Source: Pseudothermotoga sp. | Lineage (GTDB): Bacteria > Thermotogota > Thermotogae > Thermotogales > DSM-5069 | Strand: one strand, 5' to 3' | NCBI GenBank assembly: GCA_031962025.1 | Contig: JAVRKW010000002.1 | Length of the DNA stretch: 64,000 bases | In this document: positions 20,498 to 35,112 of the stretch, piece by piece | Layout of the letters: each line of letters begins with the position of its first letter | How positions within the stretch are numbered: the first letter of the stretch is position 1 | Notes under the pieces: model-generated | Seen by the model: the letters and a program-made list of their open reading frames with translations, nothing else | What the model was told of the DNA's origin: nothing | The model's database searches: none | Position numbers and translations under genes: made by a program

Positions 20498-21505
20498 TTG
20501 TCATTGAAAAGTTATATAATAACAAGGATAATTCTTGCCCTTCCAATGGTTTTCATCTTGCTTGCCGTTATATTTTTTATTCTCAGAATCATACCCGGAG
20601 ATCCTGTGCTTGCTATCCTGGGCGGTAAAGCTCCCATCGAAGTCATCCAGCAAAAACGCCACGAATTGGGTCTGGATAAGCCCGTTTTAATTCAGTTTTT
20701 CGACTATCTCAAAGCAGTTGTGACCGGTAATCTCGGTACATCCACACTCACCAACAGACCTGTTCTTGAAGAACTCAAAGATCGTTTTCCAGCAACCTTG
20801 GAGCTCACGATCTTTTCTTTTTTAATAGCTCTCCTGATCGGGTTATTCTGGGGAGCAGAAAGTGCCTGGAGAAAAGATGAGGCATTGGACATCACGGCAA
20901 GGGTTTATTCGCTACTACTGTATGCGATACCCGTCTTCTGGCTTGGTCTGATTCTGCAACTGGTGTTCGCTTCCTATTTAAGATGGCTCCCTGTTGGTGG
21001 AAGAATCTCTGCCACAGCCGAATTCAAGATTGTCACAGGACTCTACATTCTGGACGCCATTCTCTCAAGAGACTGGCATGGACTGGTCGACGTTCTTCGC
21101 TATTTAACACTGCCAAGCATAACACTGGGTATGGTCATCTCCAGTGTATTTTTACGGATGGTCCGCAACAACACCGTTTTGATGTTATCAAAAGATTTTG
21201 TGAAAGCTGCCAGAGCAAGAGGCTTGAGAAAGAGGATAGTTCTTTATGGGCACGCTGTGAGAAATGCCTTTGTCCCGATATTCACGATCATGGGTATGGA
21301 ATTTGCCATATTGCTCGCAGGTGCTATTCTAACAGAAACGACTTTCTCCTGGCCTGGTATAGGCAGTTACCTGGTTATGAAAATACGTTACAGAGATTTT
21401 CCTGCAATTCAGGGCACCATAGTCTTCTTCGCATTATTCATAGTGGTGATAAGCATCATCATAGATATAGTGAATGCGCTGGTTGATCCAAGAGTCAGGT
21501 ATTGA
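20498..21505 (+). CDS. Opp/Dpp ABC permease (DppB-like)
   Basis: PGDP, GLDKP, FPATLEL, AARARGL, ETTFSWPGIG, DPRVRY. TTG start inferred from the GAGGTG RBS. Confidence 0.9.
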   Translation: MSLKSYIITRIILALPMVFILLAVIFFILRIIPGDPVLAILGGKAPIEVIQQKRHELGLDKPVLIQFFDYLKAVVTGNLGTSTLTNRPVLEELKDRFPATLELTIFSFLIALLIGLFWGAESAWRKDEALDITARVYSLLLYAIPVFWLGLILQLVFASYLRWLPVGGRISATAEFKIVTGLYILDAILSRDWHGLVDVLRYLTLPSITLGMVISSVFLRMVRNNTVLMLSKDFVKAARARGLRKRIVLYGHAVRNAFVPIFTIMGMEFAILLAGAILTETTFSWPGIGSYLVMKIRYRDFPAIQGTIVFFALFIVVISIIIDIVNALVDPRVRY

Positions 21506-21516
21506 GGGGTGGTCAG

Positions 21517-22395
21517 GTGGTTAAAAGCAGGACCTTTCTGAGCGAAAAAATAGGTGAATTCATAAAAGATTTAACAGGTTCTGGAACCGGCAGATTGACA
21601 ATCGTTGGCTCTTGCATTCTCATTTTTTTCATCATTTTAGCCATCTTTGCGCCATACATAGCGCCGTATGATCCAACAGAAAAGGTTGGTCTGTCTCTGG
21701 AACCACCTTCGAAACAATTCTGGTTTGGAACGGATAATTTGGGAAGGGACATATTGAGCAGAGTCATATATGGCTCAAGAATAGCTTTGAGTATTTCTTT
21801 TATGGGAGTTGCAATAGCCTTTGCCGTAGGTGTCCCGCTGGGATTGATTTCCGGATACCTGGGTGGATGGATTGACAGGATCTTAACTCTGATAATGGAC
21901 GCAATGTACATTTTTCCCGGACTGGTTCTTGCCATAGCTATCGCTGCCGTTCTGGGACCGGGTGTGATAAACATATCACTTTCAATTGCCGTTGTTTATG
22001 CACCTACATATTTCAGAATCATCAGAAATCAGGTGACATCAATCAAAAGTGAACTCTACGTGGAAGCTGCCAAGGCTCTTGGTGCCAAAAACTGGGAAAT
22101 ACTTGTCAGGTATATCTTTCCGAATGTTCTGCCGTCTGTTGTTGTCGTTCTATCGATGAATCTTGCGGATGCACTCATGACAGAAGCCGGTTTGTCCTTT
22201 CTGGGACTTGGCATAGCTCCTCCGACTCCGGACTGGGGATTTGATTTGAGCAGCGGACAGAGATTTGTCCTGAGCAGAGCCTGGTGGGGAATAATGTTTC
22301 CCGGACTTGCAATTGTTTGTGCGGCTCTTGGCTTTTCCATGTTCAGCGAAGGAATTAACGAGCTGCTGAATCCAACAATTCGCGAAAGAAGGTGA
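21517..22395 (+). CDS. Opp/Dpp ABC permease (DppC-like)
   Basis: FGTDNLGRD, YVEAAKALGA, LSFLGLG..PDWG. GTG start inferred. Confidence 0.9.
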   Translation: MVKSRTFLSEKIGEFIKDLTGSGTGRLTIVGSCILIFFIILAIFAPYIAPYDPTEKVGLSLEPPSKQFWFGTDNLGRDILSRVIYGSRIALSISFMGVAIAFAVGVPLGLISGYLGGWIDRILTLIMDAMYIFPGLVLAIAIAAVLGPGVINISLSIAVVYAPTYFRIIRNQVTSIKSELYVEAAKALGAKNWEILVRYIFPNVLPSVVVVLSMNLADALMTEAGLSFLGLGIAPPTPDWGFDLSSGQRFVLSRAWWGIMFPGLAIVCAALGFSMFSEGINELLNPTIRERR

Positions 22396-22401
22396 TAAAA
22401 C

Positions 22402-23370
22402 ATGAGCCACAGCGAAGAAGAAACTGTACTGAAAGCTGAAAACCTCAAAATACATTATCACACCCAAAAAGGATACGTAAGAGCCGTCGACGGTATAGAC
22501 CTTGCACTGAAAAAAGGCAAAACGATAGGTATTGTTGGAGAATCCGGATGCGGAAAGTCCACTTTTGGCCAGGGTATACTGAAACTGCTACCTGCGAAAA
22601 CGAAATATGAAGGCAAATTATCAGTTGGAAAAATCGATGTAATTCCATTGAACGAAAAAGAGATGAAAAAAGTACGTGGAAAAGTTGTGGGAATGATTTT
22701 TCAAGACCCAATGACATCTCTCAATCCAGTGGTAAAAGTCGAAAAATTGTTCTACGAAACACTCAAAGAGCACGAACCGGATATATCTTTTGACACAGCA
22801 CGGGAAAGAACAGCGAAAATCTTAGAAAAAGTCGGCATCGAACCAGAGAGAATGCGAGAATATCCATTTCAATTCAGCGGTGGAATGCGTCAGAGGGTCA
22901 TGATAGCTCTCGCACTTGTTTTGAATCCAGACATAATAATCGCAGATGAGCCCACAACATCGCTCGATGTGATCGTTCAGGCGCAAATTCTGGAACTCTT
23001 AGATGAACTCAGGCAAAGCTACAATACCTCTATCATACTGATCACACACGATCTTGGAGTAGTCGCCCAGATGGCTGACATAATAGCTGTCATGTATGCT
23101 GGACAGATAGTAGAACAAAACATCAAAAGCAAAATTTACTACGAGCCGAAACATCCATACACAAAATTACTTTTAAAAAGCATCCCAAATACCAATCCAA
23201 AAGATCTTCAACTCAATTTCATTGCAGGATCACCTCCATCGTTGCTCAATGTACCGCAAGGATGTCGTTTTGCCAGTAGATGTCCGTTCAAGATGACTAT
23301 CTGCGAAAAAGATCCACCCATCTTTAATGTGGACGAAGGACAGGTTAAGTGCTGGCTGTATCGCTCTTGA
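22402..23370 (+). CDS. Opp/Dpp ABC ATPase (DppD-like)
   Basis: [26 protein letters not shown]-terminal Cys motif GCRFASRC. Confidence 0.92.
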   Translation: MSHSEEETVLKAENLKIHYHTQKGYVRAVDGIDLALKKGKTIGIVGESGCGKSTFGQGILKLLPAKTKYEGKLSVGKIDVIPLNEKEMKKVRGKVVGMIFQDPMTSLNPVVKVEKLFYETLKEHEPDISFDTARERTAKILEKVGIEPERMREYPFQFSGGMRQRVMIALALVLNPDIIIADEPTTSLDVIVQAQILELLDELRQSYNTSIILITHDLGVVAQMADIIAVMYAGQIVEQNIKSKIYYEPKHPYTKLLLKSIPNTNPKDLQLNFIAGSPPSLLNVPQGCRFASRCPFKMTICEKDPPIFNVDEGQVKCWLYRS

Positions 23371-23383
23371 AGGAGTGAGAAAA

Positions 23384-24376
23384 GTGAGTTTGCTGCGCGT
23401 CTCGAAATTGAAAAAATATTTCGCCGTTAAAAGAAGTGTGGGAGAAGTACTGATGAGAATTCCGCAGAAATTTGTCAAAGCCGTCGATGGTATTTCTTTT
23501 GAGATAGAACAGGGGGAAACCTTTGGGTTAGTGGGAGAATCGGGAAGCGGGAAAACCACAACAGGCAGGCTTGTGCTCAAGTTGATAGAGCCAACTGAAG
23601 GAACCATAGAATTTGATGGAGTTGATATCACCAAACTAACCAGCAACGAGATAAGACCGCTTAGAAAGAAAATGCAGATAATCTTTCAAGATCCCATGGC
23701 TGCTTTAAATCCATATATGAAAATAGGAGATGCCATCAAACACGGTTTGGAAATACACAACATTGGAAAAAGCGAACAGGAAAGAAGAAAAATGGTTTTT
23801 GAAATGCTTGAAAAAGTCAATCTTCAACCGGAAATTTATTCTCGTTACCCTCATGAACTTTCCGGTGGTCAGAGACAGCGGGTGGTGATAGCCCGAGCAT
23901 TGATTCTAAAACCAAAATTCGTTGTCGCCGATGAAGCACTTGCCATGCTCGATGTCTCTGTGAGATCGCAGTTATTAAAGCTCCTGATCGATCTGAAAAA
24001 AGAAATGAATTTGACATTTTTGTTCATAACTCACGACCTTGCAACCACCAAATACATCTGCAACAAGATAGGAGTAATGTACCTTGGAAAATTCGTCGAA
24101 ATAGGTACATATAACCACATCTACGAATCTCCCATGCATCCGTACACCAAGGCTCTAATATCAGCCATTCCAGAACCAGATCCAGAGATCATGAGTTCAA
24201 AAAAAAGATTCATTCCCCAGGGAGAAGTCCCAAATCCGATCAATCCACCAAATGGTTGCAGGTTTCACCCAAGATGTCCTTTTTCGATGGATATCTGTAG
24301 TTCAGTTGAACCACAGCTTGTTAAAATGAAAGATGGCAGAATGATCGCATGCCATCTGTATCAATCTGACATGTGA
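23384..24376 (+). CDS. Opp/Dpp ABC ATPase (DppF-like)
   Basis: [31 protein letters not shown] start inferred after AGGAG. Confidence 0.92.
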   Translation: MSLLRVSKLKKYFAVKRSVGEVLMRIPQKFVKAVDGISFEIEQGETFGLVGESGSGKTTTGRLVLKLIEPTEGTIEFDGVDITKLTSNEIRPLRKKMQIIFQDPMAALNPYMKIGDAIKHGLEIHNIGKSEQERRKMVFEMLEKVNLQPEIYSRYPHELSGGQRQRVVIARALILKPKFVVADEALAMLDVSVRSQLLKLLIDLKKEMNLTFLFITHDLATTKYICNKIGVMYLGKFVEIGTYNHIYESPMHPYTKALISAIPEPDPEIMSSKKRFIPQGEVPNPINPPNGCRFHPRCPFSMDICSSVEPQLVKMKDGRMIACHLYQSDM

Positions 24377-24428
24377 ACTACCATCCACCTAAAGAGGTAA
24401 TGGAGTCTTCTTGCTTATTTTTTTTGAT

Positions 24429-24460
24429 AAAAAAAGAGGCTGCTTTAAAGCAGCCTCTTT
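24429..24460 (-). terminator. rRNA operon terminator, possibly bidirectional
   Basis: AAAGAGGCTGC-tttaaa-GCAGCCTCTTT with a T-tract on the minus strand, just after 5S. Confidence 0.8.
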
Positions 24461-24463
24461 AAA

Positions 24464-24585
24464 TCCCCGGGCACTACCTACTCTCACATGGAGTCGCCTC
24501 CATACTACCATCGGCCCAGAACGGCTTAACGGCCGGGTTCGGAATGGGACCGGGTGTTTCCCGTTCTGGTATCGGCACCCGAGGA
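24464..24585 (-). rRNA. rrf: 5S rRNA (ends approximate)
   Basis: Conserved CCCATTCCGAACCCGG..GTTAAG and GAGAGTAGG..GCC on the minus strand. Confidence 0.92.
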
Positions 24586-25255
24586 AACCTCGAAGAATCA
24601 CTGGAAACTGCATAGGAAGCTACAAGGTCAAGGCCTCGGCCTATTAGTACCGGTTGGCTCAACACCTTGCGGTGCTTACACCACCAGCCTATCAAGGTCC
24701 TGTTCTCGGACCGGCCTTACTCCCTTAACGGGATGGGAGGTCTAATCTTGGGACGTGCTTCCCGCTTAGATGCCTTCAGCGGTTATCACTCATGGGCATA
24801 GCTACCCGGCGTATGCCCCTGGCAGGACAGCCGGTACACCAGAGGCCCACTCTCCCCGGTCCTCTCGTACAAGGGGAGACCTCCCGCAAACCTCCTACGC
24901 CTGCGGCCGATAGGGACCGACCTGTCTTACGACGGTCTGAACCCAGCTCACGTACCCCTTTAATAGGCGGACAGCCTAACCCTTGGGACCTGCTTCAGCC
25001 CCAGGATGGGATGAGCCGACATCGAGGTGCCGATCCTCGCCGTCGATGTGAACTCTCGGGCGAGACTAGCCTGTTATCCCCGGGGTAACTTTTGTCCGTT
25101 GTCGACGACCCTTCCACTCGGAAGTCGTCGGGTCACTAGGACCGACTTTCGTCTCTGCTCGACCCGTCGGTCTCACAGTCAGGCCGGCTTATGCCCTTGC
25201 ACTCGTCGGTGGATTTCCAACCCACCTGAGCCGACCTTCGCGCGCCTCCGTTACA

Positions 25256-25301
<46 letters not shown>

Positions 25302-25609
25302 CCCAACCTGCTCTTCACAGGTTCAGGTTAGAATTCCGACACACCGAGGGTGGTATCCCACCGACGGCTCCCCCGACCCTGACGAGCCGGGTTCACAGCC
25401 TCCCACCTATCCTGTACACGATGTGTCAGAATCCAATACCAGGCTACAGTAAAGCTCCACGGGGTCTTTCCGTCTAGCCGCAGGATGAGGGCATCTTCAC
25501 CCCCGTTGAAATTTCACCGGGTCCCCCGCCGAGACAGTGCCCCAGTCGTTACGCCATTCATGCAGGCCAGAACTTACCTGGCAAGGTATTTCGCTACCTT
25601 AGGACCGTT

Positions 25610-26417
<808 letters not shown>

Positions 26418-26441
26418 GTTTGGAGCTACGCCTTGCGGCCT

Positions 26442-26483
<42 letters not shown>

Positions 26484-27843
26484 CCTATACATCCTCTTTA
26501 CGAGTTTGCAGAGGCCTGTGTTTTTGGTAAACAGTCGCCAGGGCCTTGTCACTGCGACCGCTTCGGGCTCCCTCAGTTTCCAGGTTGCCCTTTCCCCTGA
26601 GTTCACCCTACTGCGGCACCCCTTCTCCCGAAGTTACGGGGTTAATTTGCCGAGTTCCTTGGCGAGGGTTGTCCCGCGCCCCTTAGCTTTCTCAGCTTGC
26701 CCACCTGTGTCGGTTTACGGAACGGGCACCTGCAATCTCAAACGGTACGCGAGGTTTTTCTTGGCAGCGTGGGGTCGGCGCCGTTGGACCCTCACGGGCC
26801 CTTCCCATCACGGCTCAGACTCCGGGTGCGGATTTACCTACACCCATCAACGCCCTAACCGCTTGGAAGGGAATGCCACTTACCCTCGGCGCTTACCCTT
26901 CTGCGTCACCCCTCATACCTCGATTGCAGATGGTGCTGGAATATTAACCAGCTTCCCTTCGGCTATCCCTTTCGGGTTCACCTTAGGGTACCGACTAACC
27001 CTGGGAGGACGACCCTTCCCCAGGTACCCTTGGGCATTCGGGGGGAGAGATTCTCACTCTCCTCTCGCATACTCATGTCCGCATTCTCACTTCCGCCTCG
27101 TCCAGTAGCCCTCGCGGGTCTACCTTCACCCTACAGCGGAAAGCTCCCCTACCGCCTGTACCTCGTCGGTACAGACCCATGGCTTCGGGGGATGGCTTGA
27201 GCCCCGTTACATCTTTGGCGCAGTACACCTCGACTGGTGAGCTGTTACGCACTCTTTAAAGGATGGCTGCTTCTAAGCCAACCTCCCAGTTGTCTGGGGT
27301 GCACCACATCCTTTCCCACTTAGCCATCTCTCCGGGCCCTTAGCCGATGGTCTGGGCTGTTTCCCTTTTGTCCATGGAGCTTATCCCCCACAGACTTCCT
27401 CCCGAGCTTTATGTGCAGGGATTCGGAGTTTGACAGGGTTCGGAGGTTACCCCCCTAGCCCTATCAGTGCTCTACCCCCTGCACAGACCACTCGAGGCCG
27501 CACCTCAATGCGTTTCGGGGAGAACCAGCTATCACCGAGTTCGGTTAGCTTTTCACTCCTACCCCCAGGTCATCCGAGGATTTTTCACTATCCATCGGTT
27601 CGGACCTCCAGTGGGGTTTAGCCCACCTTCATCCTGCCCAGGGGTAGCTCACCCGGCTTCGGGTCTGCCGCCAGTGACTTGCGCCCTATTCGGACTCGCT
27701 TTCGCTGCGGCTACGCCTCTATCGGCTTAACCTTGCCACTGACGGCAACTCGCGGACTCATTAATCAAAAGGCACGCCGTCACCCTTGCGGGCTCCGACT
27801 TAGTGTAGGCATGCGGTTTCAGGTTCTATTTCACTCCCCTCCC

Positions 27844-27874
<31 letters not shown>

Positions 27875-28432
27875 CGTGCACTATCGGACGATGGAGAGTA
27901 TTTAGCCTTGGAGGGTGGTCCCCCCAGATTCCCGCAGGATTCCACGGGTCCCGCGGTACTCGGGAATATAGCCAAGGAGTCTTCTCCCTTTCGCCTACGG
28001 GACTTTCACCCTCTTTGGTGTGCCATCCCAAGCACTTCGGCTAGAGAGAAGATTTGTAACTCCTCGGTGCGTCCGTAGCCACACCAAGCTATATCCCACA
28101 ACCCCAGTACGACAACGCCTACGGGCTTGAACATCGTACTGGTTTAGGCTCTTCCCCTTTCGATCGCCTCTACTCAGGGAATCTCGTTTGATTTCTTTTC
28201 CTCGGGGTACTGAGATGTTTCACTTCCCCCGGTTCGCGCCTTGCGGCGGCTGGTTTTGCAACCAGCCAGGTTTCCCCATTCGGGAATCCCCGGATCAACG
28301 CCTGTTTGCGGCTCCCCGAGGCTTATCGCAGCTTGCCACGCCCTTCATCGCCTTCCATCGCCAAGGCATCCACCGCATGCCCTTAGTACCTTGACCTTTC
28401 GCTTCCTATGCAGTTTTCAATGACCCTTCCAT

Positions 28433-28508
28433 TGGTGGAGACGAGGGGATTCGAACCCCTGACTTCCTGCTTGCAAAGCAGGCGCTCTCCCAGCTGAGCT
28501 ACGTCCCC
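28433..28508 (-). tRNA. tRNA-Ala(UGC)
   Basis: GGGGACG..CTTTGCAAG..GTTCGAATC..CCA with G3.U70, in the rRNA spacer. Confidence 0.95.
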
Positions 28509-28513
28509 GCCCA

Positions 28514-28590
28514 TGGTGGGCTCGGGAGGAGTCGAACCTCCGACCTCACGCTTATCAGGCGTGCGCTCTCACCAACTGAGCTACGAGCCC
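28514..28590 (-). tRNA. tRNA-Ile(GAU)
   Basis: GGGCTCG..CCTGATAAG..GTTCGACTC..CCA in the rRNA spacer. Confidence 0.95.
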
Positions 28591-28633
28591 GCTCAAGTCA
28601 TTCAAAGATGGATAGCAGTCCCGATTTCTCCCT

Positions 28634-30183
<1,550 letters not shown>

Positions 30184-30351
30184 ACTTGTAAGAAGGTTTT
30201 GATTCTTGACTTTAGAATTTGCGGGACTGCTATCCATATTTCAATGACCCGAGGACAAAATACCTTGAGCCTTATTCAGACTCCAATCACTTTTATTTAT
30301 TTTCCAAGACCCTTCATCTTTTGCCTGCTCTCTTGCGAGCGACCAGGTATC

Positions 30352-30380
30352 ATAGTATCACCTGTCGTCAACCATGTCAA
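30352..30380 (-). promoter_or_regulatory. rRNA operon promoter
   Basis: Minus strand TTGACA-17 bp-TACTAT with extended TG. Confidence 0.75.
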
Positions 30381-30402
30381 GTTACGAAAAAGTAAACACA
30401 AC

Positions 30403-31113
30403 TCAACCACCCAGATAAGCCTTTCTTACCATCTCATTACCGAGCAACTCTTTACCAGTTCCCTGTAAGACTATCTGGCCCGTCTCAAGCACGTACCCAT
30501 AATCGGCTATGTTGAGTGCCGCATAGGCATTTTGCTCTATCAAAAGGATCGTTTTGCCTTCCTGATGAATTTTTTCAATGACCTGGAAGAGTTCTTCGAC
30601 GATTATCGGTGCAAGTCCCAAAGACGGCTCATCGAGCATGAGAAGATCCGGTCTGCTCATGAGAGCCCTTCCAATGGCAAGCATCTGTTGTTCTCCGCCA
30701 GAAAGTGTACCACCCTTCTGGTTGATTCTCTCTTTGAGTCTTGGGAAAAGCGTGAACACCCATTCCATATCCTGTTTTATGCCTTCTTTGTCCTTTCTCT
30801 GAAACGCACCGACCAGAAGGTTTTCCTGGACTGTCAAGTTTGGAAAAATTCTCCTGCCTTCGGGCACCATCGTGATTTTTTTAGAAACAATCTCATTGGT
30901 CGGTCTGTTCGCTATATTCTCACCTTCGAGCAAAATCTGCCCGGATTTCACCTTCACAAGACCACAGATTGCTTTCAAAGTTGTGGTTTTCCCGGCTCCA
31001 TTTGAGCCTATCAGAGTTACAATGGAACCTTTTTCGACTTTAAAGGAGATTCCCTTCAACGCTTTTATCGCTCCGTAACTCACATGCAAATCCTTAACCT
31101 CTAACATACGCAC
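30403..31113 (-). CDS. livF: Branched-chain amino acid ABC ATPase
   Basis: GSNGAGKT, VPEGRRIF, LSGGEQQMLAIGRALM, DEPSLGLAP. Confidence 0.92.
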   Translation of the reverse strand: MRMLEVKDLHVSYGAIKALKGISFKVEKGSIVTLIGSNGAGKTTTLKAICGLVKVKSGQILLEGENIANRPTNEIVSKKITMVPEGRRIFPNLTVQENLLVGAFQRKDKEGIKQDMEWVFTLFPRLKERINQKGGTLSGGEQQMLAIGRALMSRPDLLMLDEPSLGLAPIIVEELFQVIEKIHQEGKTILLIEQNAYAALNIADYGYVLETGQIVLQGTGKELLGNEMVRKAYLGG

Positions 31114-31870
31114 TACTCCCCAGATAAGCTTTGATTACTTCCGGATTACTCTGTATTTCACTTGGTGAACCTCTCGCAATCACACACCCGTGATCAAGAA
31201 CGGTTATTCTTTCACAGATTCCCATCACCACCTTCATATCATGTTCAATCAGCAAAATCGTCAAACCAAACTCATCTTTGATCCTTTTTATGAATCTCAT
31301 CAATTCAGAAGTTTCCTCAGGATTCATTCCCGCAGCGGGTTCGTCGAGTAACAGAATCTTGGGTTTTGTAGCCAGTGCCCTGGCTATTTCGAGTTTTCTT
31401 TGATGCCCGTAAGGAAGAGAACTTGCCTTTTCGTTTCTCAAATTGTAAAGTCCAACTGCTTGGAGTAATTTCAACGACTCGGCTGTCATTTGCTCTTCCT
31501 CTTTTATGTATTTGGGTAAGTCAAAAACGGCAGAGAAAATAGACGATCTCAATCGGTAATGACATGCCACACGCACATTGTCAATAACACTCATCGTACC
31601 AAAAAGCTTTATGTTCTGAAAAGTTCTCGCTATACCCAGGGCTGCTATTTCGTGAGGCTTTTTTTTAGTGATATCCTGATCCATGAACAGTATTTTCCCT
31701 GAATCAACAGGATAAACACCGGTTATTAAATTGAAAATAGTTGTCTTGCCGGCACCGTTTGGTCCAATGAGACCTGCAAGTTCACCCTGCTCAAGTTCAA
31801 GAGAAACATCGTTCACGGCTATCAATCCACCAAATCTTTTGGTTACCTTGTCGAGTTTCAGGATAGCCAC
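31094..31870 (-). CDS. livG: Branched-chain amino acid ABC ATPase
   Basis: [36 protein letters not shown]. Confidence 0.92.
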   Translation of the reverse strand: MAILKLDKVTKRFGGLIAVNDVSLELEQGELAGLIGPNGAGKTTIFNLITGVYPVDSGKILFMDQDITKKKPHEIAALGIARTFQNIKLFGTMSVIDNVRVACHYRLRSSIFSAVFDLPKYIKEEEQMTAESLKLLQAVGLYNLRNEKASSLPYGHQRKLEIARALATKPKILLLDEPAAGMNPEETSELMRFIKRIKDEFGLTILLIEHDMKVVMGICERITVLDHGCVIARGSPSEIQSNPEVIKAYLGSSAYVRG

Positions 31871-31873
31871 GGT

Positions 31874-32923
31874 TCATTCTCCTTCCGCTGAATGTCGCTT
31901 TTTAAAAGCGGAAAAAATTCCTTCCCATGAAAACTCCCTGTCGCCAAGTATGCCGTGTCTGAAAAAAAGTACTGCGATCATGAGTATCACAGAGAAGATA
32001 AGCATCCTCATGCCAGAAATACCTGGAATTGTTATACCAAAAATTTTCATCGGAGTTTCCACTATTCTGAGCCATTCCATCAAAAATGCAATCAGAACAC
32101 CTGAAATCACAGTCCCTGTTATGCTCCCAAGTCCACCAAGCAGAACAATCAGCACAATCTGAAAGGTAAGCATTATGTTGAAGGCATTCGGATCGATCGT
32201 CATGACAAGGCTCCCAAGTAAACCACCTGCTATACCGGCGAAAAAGGCACCCACCACGAAGGCAAGAGTCTTGTGGCGGAAGAGATTCACACCCATTGCC
32301 TCAGCAGCTTCTTCGTTGTCTCTGATTGCCTTCAGTGCCCTTCCATAACTCGAATCGATCAATCTTTTTATGAAAAACACGGTGAACACTGCCCAGCCCC
32401 AGCTCCACCACAGATTTGTGTAAGTAGGCAAGCCCTTCAATCCCAGAGGGCCATTGGTTATGCTCTGTAAGTTGTTGAACAAAACTCTTATTATTTCAGA
32501 AAAACCGTATGTCACTATCGCGAGATAGTCACCTTTGACCCTCATGCACGGTGCACCAACTAAAAACCCTGCACACGCAGCGAGAAATCCTCCTATTAGC
32601 AGCGATGGGAAAAACGGCAGTTGAATCTGATTCAGTGGCCATATCAACGGTTTTATGAAAAAATTCATTGCCTTCAAATCGGGTGACATGTAGAGCAAAG
32701 CAGATGTATAAGCACCTATTGCCATAAATCCCGCATGGCCCAGAGAAAATTGTCCGGTGAATCCATTTATCAGGTTGAGACTCACACCGAGAATGACATA
32801 TATCGCAGCGACATTCATTATTCTTATGATGTATGCGTCAAAGTGCGTTTGAGCATATCCAATGAATAAGAAAAACAGAAAAAGTGAAAAAACCGTGAGC
32901 CAGAAGGATCGCTTTTTATACAC
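31874..32923 (-). CDS. livM: Branched-chain amino acid ABC permease
   Basis: [29 protein letters not shown]. Confidence 0.9.
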   Translation of the reverse strand: MYKKRSFWLTVFSLFLFFLFIGYAQTHFDAYIIRIMNVAAIYVILGVSLNLINGFTGQFSLGHAGFMAIGAYTSALLYMSPDLKAMNFFIKPLIWPLNQIQLPFFPSLLIGGFLAACAGFLVGAPCMRVKGDYLAIVTYGFSEIIRVLFNNLQSITNGPLGLKGLPTYTNLWWSWGWAVFTVFFIKRLIDSSYGRALKAIRDNEEAAEAMGVNLFRHKTLAFVVGAFFAGIAGGLLGSLVMTIDPNAFNIMLTFQIVLIVLLGGLGSITGTVISGVLIAFLMEWLRIVETPMKIFGITIPGISGMRMLIFSVILMIAVLFFRHGILGDREFSWEGIFSAFKKRHSAEGE

Positions 32924-32934
32924 ATCTATACCTC

Positions 32935-33813
32935 CTATGCCTCACCAAACAGACCGGTTGGTTTGAAAAGTAGTACGAAAACCAGCATGATGAAAATGAA
33001 TGCGTCGCGATAACCTGCCAGATCTGGAAGGAATGCAACGAGCAAGATAGAAATCATTCCAATCAGGAACCCGCCCGTCATAGCTCCTTTAATACTACCA
33101 ATTCCGCCTATTATTGCAGCCGTAAAAGCACGCCACCCTGGAAAAACACCCATGAATGGCCATATCTGTGGATATCGCAGAGCCCAGAATATCGCGCTTA
33201 CTGCTGCCAAGCTTGAACCAACTGCAAATGTAAAAGTAATGGTTCTGTCTACATTTATTCCCATGAGCCTTGCCGTATCAAAATCATGGGCAAGAGCTCT
33301 CATTGCAAGCCCCATTTTAGTTCTGTACACCAGATAATTCAAAAACAAAAGAGCGGCTATCGAAACAACTATTGTCACGATAGTCACAAGCTGTATTTTC
33401 ACTCCTCCAATATCCAGAGTTTTGTTTAAAACCTGTGGCTGATAAAACGGTTTCTGCCTGCCACCAAAAACAACCGTGGCAAAGTTTTCAAGCAGAAACG
33501 ACATGCCTATAGCAGAACACAGTGAAGAGATTCGAGGAGCATTTCTCAAAGGTTTGTAAGCGACCTTCTCTATTGAAATTCCAAGTATTGCTGTCAGCAA
33601 TATTGCGAATATGAATGACAACCACCACGGGAAAGAGAAAATAACTATTCCATAATAAACAAAAAAGGTAGCCATCATGAATATATCACCGTGGGCAAAA
33701 TTCACCAGCTTTACGACACCATAAACAAGTGTGTAACCGATGGCAACAAGACCAAAAACAAACCCAAGCGCGACTCCGTTGGCAAGATGCTGCAAAAACA
33801 GTGACCAACTCAT
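32935..33813 (-). CDS. livH: Branched-chain amino acid ABC permease
   Basis: GYTLVYG..NFAHGD, GLAMRA, GGIGS, KPTGLFG. Confidence 0.9.
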   Translation of the reverse strand: MSWSLFLQHLANGVALGFVFGLVAIGYTLVYGVVKLVNFAHGDIFMMATFFVYYGIVIFSFPWWLSFIFAILLTAILGISIEKVAYKPLRNAPRISSLCSAIGMSFLLENFATVVFGGRQKPFYQPQVLNKTLDIGGVKIQLVTIVTIVVSIAALLFLNYLVYRTKMGLAMRALAHDFDTARLMGINVDRTITFTFAVGSSLAAVSAIFWALRYPQIWPFMGVFPGWRAFTAAIIGGIGSIKGAMTGGFLIGMISILLVAFLPDLAGYRDAFIFIMLVFVLLFKPTGLFGEA

Positions 33814-33829
33814 CCATGCACCTCCAGAA

Positions 33830-33855
33830 AATGCGCAGGCAAAAGCCTGCGCATT
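33830..33855 (-). other. Hairpin between liv binding-protein gene and livH
   Basis: AATGCGCAGGC-aaaa-GCCTGCGCATT. Confidence 0.65.
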
Positions 33856-33858
33856 CTT

Positions 33859-34977
33859 TTATTCTGTTGGTCTTACGGTTGTCACATAGACAAACTTTCC
33901 ATCTTTTACAACTCTTATAACGGCGTCCTTTATGGCATCTCCATTTTGATCGAGTGTGATATAACCAGTTGCACCTTCAAAATTCTTGGTTGAAGCAAGG
34001 GCATCCCTTATAGCCTTTGGATCTGCTGATCCAGCTCTTCTTATTGCATCCACTACCAGCATATACGCATCGTATCCAAGCGCAGCAAATGCACTGGGAT
34101 CTTTACCGTATTTTTCTCTGAACGATTTTATGAATTCTGCCGCCCTGGGTGTAGTAGTAGCTTCTGTATCAAAATGCGTGCTGAAATAACAGCCTTCAAC
34201 TGCTTTGCCACCGACCTGGAGAAATTCAGGTGCTTCCCAGGTGTCGCCGCCAAGGAAAATCTGTTTCATTCCAAGTTCACGGGCTTGTTTTATGATCAGA
34301 GCAGCTTCGCCATACGCTGCAGCAGGTATGAAAATCACGTCTGGATTCTTGCTGTTTGCAAAGGTGAGCTGTGCAGTGAAATCCTGATCCCCCGTTTGAT
34401 AAGAGATAACCCCCAAAACGGCCTTGTTGTTCTTGGTAAGCTTTTTGAATGCTTCCTGGAAGTAATGCGACAGTCCCACAGAGTAGTCAGAAGCTATGTC
34501 CTGAATGACAACGGCTGTTTTTGCTTTGAGCTTTTCAACGGCAAACTGTGCCATAACGGTACCCTGGAATGGATCGATAAAGCATACTCTGAAAGCATAA
34601 GGCTTGCCAAGAGTCACCAATGGATTTGTTGGAGAGCATCCAACCATTGGAACTCCAAGCTTGTTGGCAACCTCACTACCAGGTATTGCCACTGCGCTTC
34701 CATAACTACCGATGATCGCAACTGCTTTGTGGTATTCAATCAATCTGGCAACGGCATTGGAAGCTTCCACTTTGTCACTTTTGTTGTCGACAAGTACAAG
34801 CTCAATAGGTCTTCCGAGTACTTCTTTAACCTGCTCGTGCGCAAGGTAAATACCTTCCATGGTCATCTGACCACCTGCAGCATAGGGACCTGTCATTGGC
34901 TCATACACGCCTATCACAATTGGTTCAGCAGCAAGGACTAAGGATGCAACCAAAAGCAGAGGAATAACCCATTTCAT
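33859..34977 (-). CDS. Branched-chain amino acid ABC substrate-binding protein (LivJ/K-like)
   Basis: Signal peptide MKWVIPLL, PMTGPYAAGG, FRVCFIDPFQG, DFTAQL. Start set after the GGGGTG RBS. Confidence 0.9.
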   Translation of the reverse strand: MKWVIPLLLVASLVLAAEPIVIGVYEPMTGPYAAGGQMTMEGIYLAHEQVKEVLGRPIELVLVDNKSDKVEASNAVARLIEYHKAVAIIGSYGSAVAIPGSEVANKLGVPMVGCSPTNPLVTLGKPYAFRVCFIDPFQGTVMAQFAVEKLKAKTAVVIQDIASDYSVGLSHYFQEAFKKLTKNNKAVLGVISYQTGDQDFTAQLTFANSKNPDVIFIPAAAYGEAALIIKQARELGMKQIFLGGDTWEAPEFLQVGGKAVEGCYFSTHFDTEATTTPRAAEFIKSFREKYGKDPSAFAALGYDAYMLVVDAIRRAGSADPKAIRDALASTKNFEGATGYITLDQNGDAIKDAVIRVVKDGKFVYVTTVRPTE

Positions 34978-35112
34978 AAAAACACCCCCTTTTGTGAAAA
35001 AAATCTCACCATTGTTAACAAAGTTACCCAGCCGATAAAAAGTATAACACATTTTTTCTACTTCAAGTACTCCACTAAACCTTTGTCATGTTAAAATTTC
35101 GAAAAAGGGGGA

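Noticed and set aside
25590..25609. Second 23S intron at L1931 or nearby sites
   Set aside because: The exon is continuous there, and the spliced 23S length of about 3.0 kb leaves no room for another intron.
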